DNA from: Syntrophales bacterium
GTDB lineage: Bacteria; Desulfobacterota; Syntrophia; Syntrophales; UBA5619
Assembly (NCBI GenBank): GCA_023229765.1
Contig: JALNYO010000001.1
Span: 322,993-386,992 of the forward strand
Length of the DNA: 64,000 nucleotides
Reading direction: 5' to 3'
Every line of letters starts with the position of its first letter. The stretch's first letter is position 1. The translations under genes were made by a program, and so were the position numbers. The notes below the pieces were generated by a model. It had not been told where the DNA came from. It worked only from the letters and a program-made list of their open reading frames with translations, and searched no databases. Below, in pieces: positions 37,561-46,715 of this stretch.

Positions 37561-38856
37561 TTACTTGACCATGCCTGGCAGCCAGAGGCTTAACGGTGGA
37601 TATAACGTAAACAGTATTAAACACAGCAACTGAATCATCAGAAACGGGATGCTGCTTCTGATAATTTCCTGAAGCGAAAGCGACGGGACGCAGCTTTTTA
37701 GTGTGTAGAGGTTCAGCCCGACGGGAGGCGTCACGACGGCCAGCTCGAGATTGATAACCAGGACAATGCCATACCAGAGCGGATCGTAGCCGAGGGCTTT
37801 CACCAGGGGCAGTAGAATTGGGGTGGTGATGACGATGAGCGAGGCGGCATCCACGAACATTCCTCCTATAATCAGGAGGAGCTGGATCGCGAAGATCAGA
37901 ACCAGCGGATGCAGATGGAGGTCGATCAGAAAATTGCTCAGCAACTCCGGGACACGCACCATGTTGAGATAGGAGCCAAAGATCATCGCGCAGCCGATGA
38001 TGACCATAATGGCAACGCTGATCCTCATGCTTTCCTTGATGATTTCGATAATCCGGCGCAGATTGACGGTGCGGTAGGCGATACTGGCAATAATTAAAGC
38101 CCCGACGACCCCGATCGCCGAAGCCTCCGTCGGGGTCGCGATGCCGGCGTAGATTGAACCCAGCACCATAATGATCAGGATGCCAGTGTGCCATACCTCT
38201 AAAAGGCTGGACCAGCGCTCTTTCCAGGTAAATCCGGCGTTGGCGCCCCGGGGCGCCAGCTCGGGCGAGATGAGGCACCTGATGAGGACGTAGAGGCTGA
38301 GCATGGTGGCCATAACCAGCCCCGGGACGATGCCGCCGATGAAAAGCTTGGCGATGGACTCGCCGGAGATGGCGCTGTAGATTATGAAGGGAACGCTGGG
38401 CGGGATCAGCATCGCGAGGGCGCCCGCCGTGACGACGGAGCCAGCGGCTATTTTTGAAGAATACCCGCGTTTGAGCATCTCCGGAACCGCCATCGAGCCG
38501 ATCGCTGCAACGCCGGCGACGCTGACGCCGCTTACCGCGCCGAAGACGGTGCAGGCGCCGATTGAGGCAATGGCCAGACCGCCGGGCAGCCAGGAGAGCC
38601 ATCTGGTCGCCATAGTGTAAAGATCGCCGCCGATCGGGCTTTTGGCCAGGATATTGCCCATCAGCACGAACAGGGGAAGCGCCAGCAATTCGAAGGTAGT
38701 TTCCTGGCCGAAAAAGGCCGTTGCCGCGAGCGTCAGCGCATCGGGGCCGCGGAAAAGCAGTATCCCCAGAACGCCGGATAAGCCAAGGGAGATGAAGATA
38801 TCCACCCCTATGGCGATCATGAGCAAAAGCAGCAGAAGCACGAATATCGTCAGCAT
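37561..38856 (-). CDS. dctM: TRAP transporter large permease (DctM family)
   Basis: 431 aa polytopic protein, closely similar in pattern to 33460..34737. Confidence 0.9.
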   Translation of the reverse strand: MLTIFVLLLLLLMIAIGVDIFISLGLSGVLGILLFRGPDALTLAATAFFGQETTFELLALPLFVLMGNILAKSPIGGDLYTMATRWLSWLPGGLAIASIGACTVFGAVSGVSVAGVAAIGSMAVPEMLKRGYSSKIAAGSVVTAGALAMLIPPSVPFIIYSAISGESIAKLFIGGIVPGLVMATMLSLYVLIRCLISPELAPRGANAGFTWKERWSSLLEVWHTGILIIMVLGSIYAGIATPTEASAIGVVGALIIASIAYRTVNLRRIIEIIKESMRISVAIMVIIGCAMIFGSYLNMVRVPELLSNFLIDLHLHPLVLIFAIQLLLIIGGMFVDAASLIVITTPILLPLVKALGYDPLWYGIVLVINLELAVVTPPVGLNLYTLKSCVPSLSLQEIIRSSIPFLMIQLLCLILFTLYPPLSLWLPGMVK

Positions 38857-38959
38857 TAAATTCCCTCTTTATGGGCAAAAAAACCAGTACCCCGCGAATT
38901 GCTGTCGCTGATTGTTCAGGCTATGTTTCAGGGGTAATTATATCCCCATTGCGCACTGA

Positions 38960-39817
38960 TTACGAGAATTTCTTTTCCAGGGCGCGCATTTCGCCTACGC
39001 CGACAAGGTTGTTGAACTCTTCAAAGCTGACGAGGTCTTCAAGACAATTCTCCGTGGAGCCTTTCTCCCGCAAGTGGGTCAAGACCTTCATCATTGCCTT
39101 GGTTGCTGCGTATAGGGTTGAAACTGGGTAGATCGCGATCTTGTAGCCGATTTGCTCCAGTTCCTCCGCGGGGAGAAAAGGCGTCTTTCCCTTTTCGACC
39201 ATATTGGCGATCAGCGGAAGTTTCAGTTCGCGGGCGATCTCCTTCATCTCCGCTATAGTCTGCGGCGCCTCGACGAAGAGCACATCCGCGCCGGCCTCGG
39301 CATAGGCAACCGCTCGGGCGATCGCGTCCTTCAGGTTGGTTACCGCCCGGGCATCGGTGCGGGCGACAATGACGAAATCTTCGGACTGCCTCGCATAAAC
39401 GGCGGCGCGTACCTTTGCCGCCATTTCTTCTTGGGGGATGAGTTGTTTTCCTTCCATGTGTCCGCAGCGCTTGGGAAAAACCTGATCTTCGAGTTGCAGG
39501 CCGGCGATGCCCGCTTTTTCGAACTCGCGCACCGTTCGCATGACGTTCAGAACCCCGCCGTAACCGGTATCCCCGTCGGCGATAAACGGGATAGCGACGG
39601 CGGAAGCCATATTCCCGGCTTGACTGACCACCTCCGACATCGTCATCAAGCCGATATCGGGCTGGCCGAGAACGCTTGCCGAGGCGCCATAGCCGGTCAT
39701 ATAGACGGCAGAAAAACCCGCCATTTCCACCAGGCGCGCGGACCAGGCGTCGAAAGCGCCAGGGGCTCGCACAAGGCCCGGTTTCTGTAGAAGCTCACGT
39801 AATTTTTTCCTTTTCAT
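38960..39817 (-). CDS. Isocitrate lyase/PEP mutase family enzyme (methylisocitrate-lyase / oxaloacetate-decarboxylase-like)
   Basis: PGAFDAWSARLVE..GF.AVYMTGYG, IADGDTGYGG, LEDQVFPKRCGHMEGK and VARTDA motifs. Start taken at ATG 39817. Confidence 0.85.
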   Translation of the reverse strand: MKRKKLRELLQKPGLVRAPGAFDAWSARLVEMAGFSAVYMTGYGASASVLGQPDIGLMTMSEVVSQAGNMASAVAIPFIADGDTGYGGVLNVMRTVREFEKAGIAGLQLEDQVFPKRCGHMEGKQLIPQEEMAAKVRAAVYARQSEDFVIVARTDARAVTNLKDAIARAVAYAEAGADVLFVEAPQTIAEMKEIARELKLPLIANMVEKGKTPFLPAEELEQIGYKIAIYPVSTLYAATKAMMKVLTHLREKGSTENCLEDLVSFEEFNNLVGVGEMRALEKKFS

Positions 39818-39872
39818 GCTCCAATGTCTCCTGTTCCTGAATTTATCCGTTATAAGTCGTCTGTCCCTGCTC

Positions 39873-41081
39873 TCAGTTTTCAGTGGCGCCAGGAGCGGCA
39901 AAGACAGCGCCTGCATTGAGTAAAGCGTCTATTTCTGCTTCCGGATAGCCCAGCTCACGCAATACCGAAACGGTATTCTCGCCGATCTGGGGCGACGGTT
40001 TATGCAGTCGGGCGGACGTTCTGGAGAACTTGACCGGAAATCCCGGCATCTTGACCGGCCCGCCGGGCTGAGCCGACTCGATCACCATCTCCTGATGGAG
40101 CACCTGGGGATCGGAAAAAACCTGCTTCAGATTGTTTACTGGACCGCAGGGCACCCCGGCCTGGTTGAGCAGCTCGATCCACTCGTCCCGTTTTTTGGTC
40201 GCTATTATTCCTTGAATTATTTCATTTATTTCACTTCTGTTCTGACGGCGTTTCTGCTGGGTGTCAAAACGCGGGTCGGTGGGGAGATCGTCCCGCTTCA
40301 GCGCGGCGCAGAGCTGAAGCCAGTTTTTTTCAGCGCTGGGAGCGATGGCTACCGGGCCGTCGGCGGCATTGAAGAGTCCATACGGAGAGACAACCATGTG
40401 ATCATTGCCGTTGCGGGGCGGGAGTTCCCCGGTCGCAAAAAAGGCGGAAGAGGCGAAGGTGAACATGCTGATCAGCCCGTCCACCATCGCTGTCTGGATT
40501 TCCTGGCCCCGCCCGCTCTTCTCCCGCTCCCGCAGGGCGGCCAATATTCCGAACGCCGCATAGAGCCCCGCGATCGTGTCGCTGATGGGGACTCCGACCC
40601 GGAGCGGTGGCATCTGTTCGTTGCCGTTGAGGCTCATAAAGCCCGACATCGCCTGGGCGATGAAATCAAAGGCGGGGCGATCCTTGTAGGGGCCCGATTT
40701 GCCGAAGCCGCTGATTGCGGCGTAGATCAAGGAGGGGTTCAGCGCGCTCAATTCCTTGTACCCGAGGCCGAGGCGGTCCATCACCCCCGGCCGGAAATTT
40801 TCTACAACGATATCCGCTTTTTCAGCGAGACGCCGAATGATCTCCTTGCCTTCTGGTTTTTTCATGTCAACCGTAATGGCCCTTTTATTTCTGTTGAGGT
40901 TTACAAAATAGGGATTCTCGCCCTTGCCCATGATCCCGGTAACGCGGGACGGATCGCCTTCAGGCGCCTCTATTTTGATGACGTCCGCCCCCAGATCGGC
41001 CAGGAGCATTGTGCAGAAGGGGCCTGATACGACCCTGGTCAAATCAAGAACCTTTAATCCTGTAAGTGGCATGGCTGGCAA
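39873..41081 (-). CDS. Class III CoA-transferase (CaiB/BaiF family)
   Basis: LTGLKVLDLTRVVSGPFCTMLLADLGADVIKIE N-terminal signature, 402 aa. Confidence 0.9.
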   Translation of the reverse strand: MPAMPLTGLKVLDLTRVVSGPFCTMLLADLGADVIKIEAPEGDPSRVTGIMGKGENPYFVNLNRNKRAITVDMKKPEGKEIIRRLAEKADIVVENFRPGVMDRLGLGYKELSALNPSLIYAAISGFGKSGPYKDRPAFDFIAQAMSGFMSLNGNEQMPPLRVGVPISDTIAGLYAAFGILAALREREKSGRGQEIQTAMVDGLISMFTFASSAFFATGELPPRNGNDHMVVSPYGLFNAADGPVAIAPSAEKNWLQLCAALKRDDLPTDPRFDTQQKRRQNRSEINEIIQGIIATKKRDEWIELLNQAGVPCGPVNNLKQVFSDPQVLHQEMVIESAQPGGPVKMPGFPVKFSRTSARLHKPSPQIGENTVSVLRELGYPEAEIDALLNAGAVFAAPGATEN

Positions 41082-41097
41082 CTCCTGTCTTTTAAAA

Positions 41098-42036
41098 TTA
41101 ATGGGTTATGCCGCAGATTGCGGCCGCCAGCAGAGGATCGCGGGGGCCGCTTTTCATCACCTGCCCGGGCAGCGTTCTGCCGAGAATTGACTCAAGCTGC
41201 TGTGCGGCTTCTATAATTTTCAGCAGATCGATGCCGGTATCATACCCCATGTCTTCCAGCATGAAAACCACGTCCTCCGTGGGAAGATTGCCGGCGGCCA
41301 GTGGAACGTTCGGGCAGCCGCCGATCCCGCCCAAAGCCGCGTCAAACGTGTCGGCGCCCGCTTCCAGCGCTGCGTAGAGATTGGCCATCGCAGTCCCCCG
41401 GTTGTTGTGCAGATGGAGGGAGTAGGGGATTTGGGGGAAGCGGCTCGTGAATCCCTTGATCATTTTAATTATTCTGGTCGGCGTCGCCATTCCCGTCGTA
41501 TCGGCAAGAATGACCGAGGCTGCGCCGCCATTGATATAGGCGTCGGCGAGGCGATAAACCTCGTCATCCGACACATCGCCCTGGTACGGACAGCCGAAGG
41601 CGACGGCCAGGGCGCCCATCACCGGTTTGTTCCGCTCCCGGGCAAGCGTAAAGATTGCCTGCAAATCCGTCACTGACTCCGCCACGGTTCTGCGCACGTT
41701 TGCCAGATTATGGGCATCAGTTGTTGAAATCACTACTACCAGCTTATCCGCGCCGTGGTCGAGCGCGAGCTGGGCCCCCTTGAGGTTCGGGACGAGCGGG
41801 CTGTGGATGCATCTGTTTTTGGGGAGTCCCGCCATAACTTCTGCCGCGTCGCGCATCTGGGGTATCGCCTTGGGGCTCACAAAGGAGGTGGTTTCCATCT
41901 CCGTTATCCCCGCTTCGAGCAGCCGGCGGATGACGGTGATTTTTTTTTCGGTCGGGACGAATTCCGGCCAGGACTGGAAACCGTCGCGGGGCGCGACTTC
42001 GCGAATATGTATCTTTCTTGATTCTGACGATTTCAT
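41098..42036 (-). CDS. HMG-CoA-lyase-like (HMGL family) acyl-CoA lyase
   Basis: IREVAPRDGFQSWPEFVPTEKKI..LLEAGITEMETTSFVSPKAIPQMRDA. The later LHLHNNRGTAMAN is the typical HMGL metal-site pattern. Confidence 0.85.
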   Translation of the reverse strand: MKSSESRKIHIREVAPRDGFQSWPEFVPTEKKITVIRRLLEAGITEMETTSFVSPKAIPQMRDAAEVMAGLPKNRCIHSPLVPNLKGAQLALDHGADKLVVVISTTDAHNLANVRRTVAESVTDLQAIFTLARERNKPVMGALAVAFGCPYQGDVSDDEVYRLADAYINGGAASVILADTTGMATPTRIIKMIKGFTSRFPQIPYSLHLHNNRGTAMANLYAALEAGADTFDAALGGIGGCPNVPLAAGNLPTEDVVFMLEDMGYDTGIDLLKIIEAAQQLESILGRTLPGQVMKSGPRDPLLAAAICGITH

Positions 42037-42049
42037 TTAAATCACCCTT

Positions 42050-42784
42050 CTAAAAAGATATTTTTGTTTTATAGACGTATAGGTCGCCGCGAAAATGGAT
42101 GCAGGAGACTTCGACCGGCGCTTGGGACATGTCCATGTAGGTATTTTCAACAAGGAACAACGCCTCTCCGAAACCTATTCCCAGTTTTGCGGAGGTATCG
42201 ATGTCGGCGACGGTTGCGCGCACCATTTGTTCGACGCTGGCCAACTGCACGCCGCAATGATCGCGAAAGACGGTGAGAAAGGGCTGTTTTAAGAACATTT
42301 CCTTATTGACGCCGGACATCAGCTCGGGAAGGGCGTAGTTGACGATAAAGGAGGCAGGATGTCCATTTAACTTTCTAATCCGCTTCATGCGCCATATCGG
42401 GGCACTGCCTTTTGTGTGGAGCAACTCGGCTATCCTTCGGGGACAGGGAACGGTGGCAAGCTCCAGCACCTCTGTCTCCGTCTGCAAATTTCTGGTCAGC
42501 GCGGAATCGGCCCAGTTCCAAAAATTGCCGGACAATTTAAGTTCCACAATTTCCTCGGGGCGCTTGGTAACCCTTGTTCCCACGCCCTGTTTCGGTTCTA
42601 CATACCCCTCCTGAACGAGGATGCTCATCGCCTTGCGGATGGTTATGGCGCTTACCCCGAATTCCTGTTCAAGATCGCGGGCGGGGGCGAGCAGCTCCCC
42701 TGCCCGGTATTCCTCCTGCAGGATGCGGCCTTTCAGTGTTTCGGCAAGCTGGACGTAGATGGGTGCTTTTCGATTGTCGCTCAT
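42050..42784 (-). CDS. GntR-family transcriptional regulator, HutC subfamily (UTRA effector domain)
   Basis: PIYVQLAETLKGRILQEEYRAGELLAPARDLEQEFGVSAITIRKAMSILVQEGYV winged helix. Start taken at ATG 42784. Confidence 0.85.
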   Translation of the reverse strand: MSDNRKAPIYVQLAETLKGRILQEEYRAGELLAPARDLEQEFGVSAITIRKAMSILVQEGYVEPKQGVGTRVTKRPEEIVELKLSGNFWNWADSALTRNLQTETEVLELATVPCPRRIAELLHTKGSAPIWRMKRIRKLNGHPASFIVNYALPELMSGVNKEMFLKQPFLTVFRDHCGVQLASVEQMVRATVADIDTSAKLGIGFGEALFLVENTYMDMSQAPVEVSCIHFRGDLYVYKTKISF

Positions 42785-42885
42785 GGCAGGAAGTGTCCCG
42801 GAAAGATAGTTTTTAATGATATCAAACGCATATACTGAAAAAAGTCGGCTTTCCACTAAACAACGCCGGTAGCGGAGGACGATCA

Positions 42886-42907
42886 ATTTGTATATGTTTA
42901 TACAAAT
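42886..42907. promoter_or_regulatory. Perfect 9-bp inverted repeat, candidate GntR/HutC operator
   Basis: ATTTGTATA-TGTT-TATACAAAT, about 100 nt upstream of the GntR start codon. Confidence 0.45.
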
Positions 42908-42962
42908 ATCATGTCTGACTGTCAAGAAAAATATAAATCAATAAAAAATTCGGGCAAGCGGT

Positions 42963-43706
42963 CTACCAGGTGCGAACCTTTTCTGATATTTTTTTGAAAT
43001 TATTTGCCATCCCGGAATGAGGGGAGGCAAGAACGGCTATTTTCTGCGTGAGGATAGACTGGGATGCCAGTTCATCGTTGAGGATATGGCCGGTATAATG
43101 GAGATCGAAGCCCAGAAACTTTTTGCAGATGGAATTGATATGGTTGAAAAGCCGCATCGCCTCGTTTTCGTTGGCTACGGCATTGGCGATAATGCCGAAA
43201 TCCTTGCGCTCAAATACCTGAAACATCACCTTGATCATGGAATAGGCGTCGGTAAGGCAGGTAAGCTCCTTGTTGATTATAACGATGTTTTTGGAGGCGA
43301 GCAGATTGAACTGCAGCACAACCTCGGAAATGCCGGCGCCGGTGTCGAGCATGATCATATCGTAATCGGTGAACTCCAGGATCATCGCTTTTACCAATTC
43401 GATCTTTTCAAAAAGGAGCTGCGCCATATCCCTGACCCCGGAACTTGACGGAATCAGATCGAAGCCGCCTTTTGTCGGAATCACTATATCCCGCAGGTTT
43501 TTGTCTCCAAAAATCACATCCTGCAGCGTATGGGGAGGGTTAATTCCCAGCATGATATCAATATTGGCCAGTCCCAGATCGCAATCCACGACAAGGATTT
43601 TCTTTTTTGTCTGAGCCAGCGTCGCGGCCAGATTGAGGGTGGTGAATGTCTTGCCAACGCCGCCCTTCCCGCTGGTTACCGAGAGGATTAGAGGCTTTTT
43701 TTTCAT
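42963..43706 (-). CDS. MinD/ParA-family ATPase, FlhG(YlxH)-like
   Basis: Deviant Walker A SGKGGVGKT, DCDLGLANIDIMLG, IMLDTGAGIS. Confidence 0.85.
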   Translation of the reverse strand: MKKKPLILSVTSGKGGVGKTFTTLNLAATLAQTKKKILVVDCDLGLANIDIMLGINPPHTLQDVIFGDKNLRDIVIPTKGGFDLIPSSSGVRDMAQLLFEKIELVKAMILEFTDYDMIMLDTGAGISEVVLQFNLLASKNIVIINKELTCLTDAYSMIKVMFQVFERKDFGIIANAVANENEAMRLFNHINSICKKFLGFDLHYTGHILNDELASQSILTQKIAVLASPHSGMANNFKKISEKVRTW

Positions 43707-44386
43707 TGCTTTTCCATTTCGTTTATTTCGGCAAAGCGCACGGAAAGCGCTTTTCTTTCCGCATTGTTGACGGCGGTGTTTTCAGCTTTCGCATCGAGGT
43801 CGTGGAAGATATGGTTTTTACCTGTTTTTTTTGCTTGGCAAAGATTGCCGTCCGCCTGTTGGAAAAAGGCGTCAACACTCATCTTGTGAGACGATTTATA
43901 AATGGCAAGGCCGACACTCACCGACACGCGTCGGCCTTCGGCCGTATAAACCGTGAAATCAAAGCTTTTCAGAGAATTTTGGATTCGTTTGGCGACACCG
44001 ATGCCTTCGGTAAGCCCGGAGGAGGGCATGATTATGAAAAACTCGTCCCCGCCGAAACGGCAGGCAAAGTCGGTTGGTCGGACGCTTTTGCCCAAGATGC
44101 CGGCGAACTGAGACAGGAGCTGGTCCCCGATATAATGTCCGAAGGTATCATTGACATTCTTGAAGTTGTCCAGGTCCAGAGCAATTAAGGTGCAGGGCTG
44201 ACCGGTGCGTCTGGCCCGAGTAGTTTCCACCTCCAGTTGCAGATAAAAGAAGCGCTTGTTGTACAAACCAGTCAGTTCATCGGTAAGAAGCAGGGATTTC
44301 AGCCGCTCGTTCTCATTTTCCAGTTCTGTTACCCGCCTTAGCAGCTCATCCAAGGGAGTTATCTTTTGCCTTTTTGTTTCAGCCAT
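43703..44386 (-). CDS. Diguanylate cyclase (coiled-coil plus GGDEF domain)
   Basis: DELTGLYNKRFF...ALDLDNFKNVND..GH..GD...RFGGDEFFIIM. ATGA overlap with the downstream ATPase gene. Confidence 0.9.
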   Translation of the reverse strand: MAETKRQKITPLDELLRRVTELENENERLKSLLLTDELTGLYNKRFFYLQLEVETTRARRTGQPCTLIALDLDNFKNVNDTFGHYIGDQLLSQFAGILGKSVRPTDFACRFGGDEFFIIMPSSGLTEGIGVAKRIQNSLKSFDFTVYTAEGRRVSVSVGLAIYKSSHKMSVDAFFQQADGNLCQAKKTGKNHIFHDLDAKAENTAVNNAERKALSVRFAEINEMEKQ

Positions 44387-44599
44387 CTTTTACCCCGACT
44401 GTCATCCTGAAATATATCCCCCTGCAAGCGCCTTTTGCGTTCGCGGAAAATACCCGCTCTTCTGATAATAATCGCAGGGCGCAACCATTCGTGAGGGGCT
44501 CTTTACAACATATTTGGCCTATATAAAACAAATTTTTTGGATAAGAAAATTATTGCTGCCGGCAAGTATCAGAAAAAATAGCCAGTTAGACGCAGCTCC

Positions 44600-45514
44600 T
44601 TAACGCGCCGGTCCCTTGTTTTCCATATATCCGAATTCCTTCAGTAAACGAGGGTCGCTGGTCCAGTCTTTCGCCACGCGGACAAAGAGTTCCAGAAAGA
44701 CCCGGGAAGCGAAGAACCTCTCCATCTCCAGCCGCGCCTTTGTGCCTATCTCCTTGAGCATCGCGCCCCCCCTGCCGATGACGATCCCCTTTTGTGAATC
44801 CTTTTCAACATTGATCGTAGCCTTGATGCGGATCATGTTTTTGGCCTCGTCTTCCTGGAAGGAATCGACGACGACGGCGGTTACGTATGGTATTTCCTGA
44901 TGCAGACGGAGGGTGATCTTTTCTCTGATGATTTCGGCGGCGATAAAGCGCTCGGAGCGGTCTGTCATCATCTCTTCGGGGAAGTAGCGGGGCCCCTCGG
45001 GAAGGAGCTTCCAAATCTCGGAGACAAGGTGCGCTACTCCGTCATTTTTTAAAGCGGAAACGGGAATGATTTCGCGAAATGGGTAAAGGGCGCTGAAGGA
45101 GTCGATAAGGGGCAGAAGGCGCTGCTTTTCGATGAGGTCGGTCTTGTTGATAACCAGGATTACGGGTTTTGTCAGACCTGCCAGCGATTCGATGATGAAG
45201 CGGTCGTCACTGCGCGGCGCCTCCTCCGCTTCGACTAAAAGCAGAAGCAGATCAACATCGCCGATGGTTCCAGAGGCCGTCTCCACCATGGCCTTTCCCA
45301 AGGGAGTCTTAGCCCTGTGAATGCCGGGCGTGTCGAGAAAGATCAGTTGCCCGGGGTTCGGTTCATCAAGGTTTTTTATCCCCATGATCCGGTTGCGCGT
45401 CGTCTGGGGTTTACGGGTGGCAATGGCGATTGTCTCCCCTACGAGCTGATTGAGCAGGGTGGATTTGCCGACGTTGGGCCGCCCGATGATGCCGATGAAG
45501 CCTGATTTGAACAA
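44600..45514 (-). CDS. era: GTPase Era
   Basis: GRPNVGKSTL, DTPG, NKTD and a C-terminal KH domain. TTG 45514 has GGAGG 5 nt upstream; the ORF is open to ATG 45565. Confidence 0.9.
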   Translation of the reverse strand: MFKSGFIGIIGRPNVGKSTLLNQLVGETIAIATRKPQTTRNRIMGIKNLDEPNPGQLIFLDTPGIHRAKTPLGKAMVETASGTIGDVDLLLLLVEAEEAPRSDDRFIIESLAGLTKPVILVINKTDLIEKQRLLPLIDSFSALYPFREIIPVSALKNDGVAHLVSEIWKLLPEGPRYFPEEMMTDRSERFIAAEIIREKITLRLHQEIPYVTAVVVDSFQEDEAKNMIRIKATINVEKDSQKGIVIGRGGAMLKEIGTKARLEMERFFASRVFLELFVRVAKDWTSDPRLLKEFGYMENKGPAR

Positions 45515-45659
45515 GTCTGCCTCCGTTTTAAAGGAAAAACTCCCTGCCTTATCCACATTTCGCAAATAAAGTGTCCGGTATTGATATCACGCCGGGACTA
45601 TCTATGCAAACATTTTGCCGAACGCTGAGCGCCGCCGGCAAAAAACGACAGCCGGCAGT

Positions 45660-46715
45660 TCAAAGTTCGTCAATCCTTCCGGAAAAATCCGTCCTTAATT
45701 TTTTGCCCTCGTCGGCAATGACCAGGGTTCCCCTTGCCAGCGAGGGATCAACTTCCACATGGATATTTTCTAACCGATAGTTTTCCTTCAGCGTGGCAAT
45801 GTTTCCCCGCCGCAAACCCTGGAGGTTGGAAACGTCTTGAGGGGAGACGATAAATTTGATTTCTTTTTTTCTTCCAGCGGCAACATTGAGGAGCGTTTCG
45901 GCCATTTCGAGAAAGATTGCCGCCTCGACAAGCGCTCGGAAGGCCGGATGAAAAGGCCCACCGAGCACGGCGCCCGGCTCTTCCAGTTCGCCCGTTGTCT
46001 GCAGGCCCAGGCGGATAACGGGAATGCCCGCTTTTGTAAACTTTTTGAGAGCCTCTTTAGACAGTTCCGTTGCCTCCAAAAGAGTAAGCGGCTGGTATTT
46101 TTTCTTTATGAAATCCCTGGCCAGGGCGGTGTTTTCAAGGACAATGGTCGGGTGGATCCGCACTGTGTCGGGACGCAGGGCGATCGCCGTCTCCACCGTT
46201 TTGGCGAAGCGTTCCGGGGTGTCCCCGGGAAGCCCGACCATCAGGTGAATCCCGGTTGTAAACCCCCCTTCCTTGAGCAGTTTTATCGCCCGGATATTGT
46301 CCGCCGCGGTATGCCCCCGCCGGGACTGAAGCAGAACCCCGTCGTCAAAGGACTGTACCCCTATTTCGACGGCAGCTACGCCCGACCGCTTTAAAAAAGC
46401 GAGATTATCGGGGGCGATCTCGTCCGGGCGGGTGGAAATCCGGATGCTTTCAACCCTGCCTTCCCTCAAAAAAGGGGCGGCGAGCATAAGCAGTCTTTCC
46501 TGTTCCGCATGCTCCATGCCGGTAAAGGTTCCCCCGTAAAAGGCGATCTGAACGGGGCCCTGCTTGCGGGAGGGCTTGGCCAGGTGGGTGCGGATGATGT
46601 CGTTGAAGTCATCATCGGTTATCCGGGCCGGGTGGCTGCCCGCGGTAAGGATTTCATTGCAGAAGATGCAGCGATGCGTGCAGCCCCCGTTCATTATGAA
46701 GATCGGAATGATCAC
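45660..46715 (-). CDS. Radical SAM protein (ELP3-like family)
   Basis: CTHRCIFC (Cx3Cx2C) near the N-terminus and a TIM-barrel-like pattern. GTGA overlap with the rnc stop. Confidence 0.8.
   Translation of the reverse strand: MIIPIFIMNGGCTHRCIFCNEILTAGSHPARITDDDFNDIIRTHLAKPSRKQGPVQIAFYGGTFTGMEHAEQERLLMLAAPFLREGRVESIRISTRPDEIAPDNLAFLKRSGVAAVEIGVQSFDDGVLLQSRRGHTAADNIRAIKLLKEGGFTTGIHLMVGLPGDTPERFAKTVETAIALRPDTVRIHPTIVLENTALARDFIKKKYQPLTLLEATELSKEALKKFTKAGIPVIRLGLQTTGELEEPGAVLGGPFHPAFRALVEAAIFLEMAETLLNVAAGRKKEIKFIVSPQDVSNLQGLRRGNIATLKENYRLENIHVEVDPSLARGTLVIADEGKKLRTDFSGRIDEL

Noticed and set aside
37334-38878. 514-aa minus-strand ORF overlapping dctM in another frame
   Set aside because: It is an Arg/Pro/Gly/His-rich, low-complexity translation. 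The alternative frame (37561..38856) gives a textbook DctM permease.
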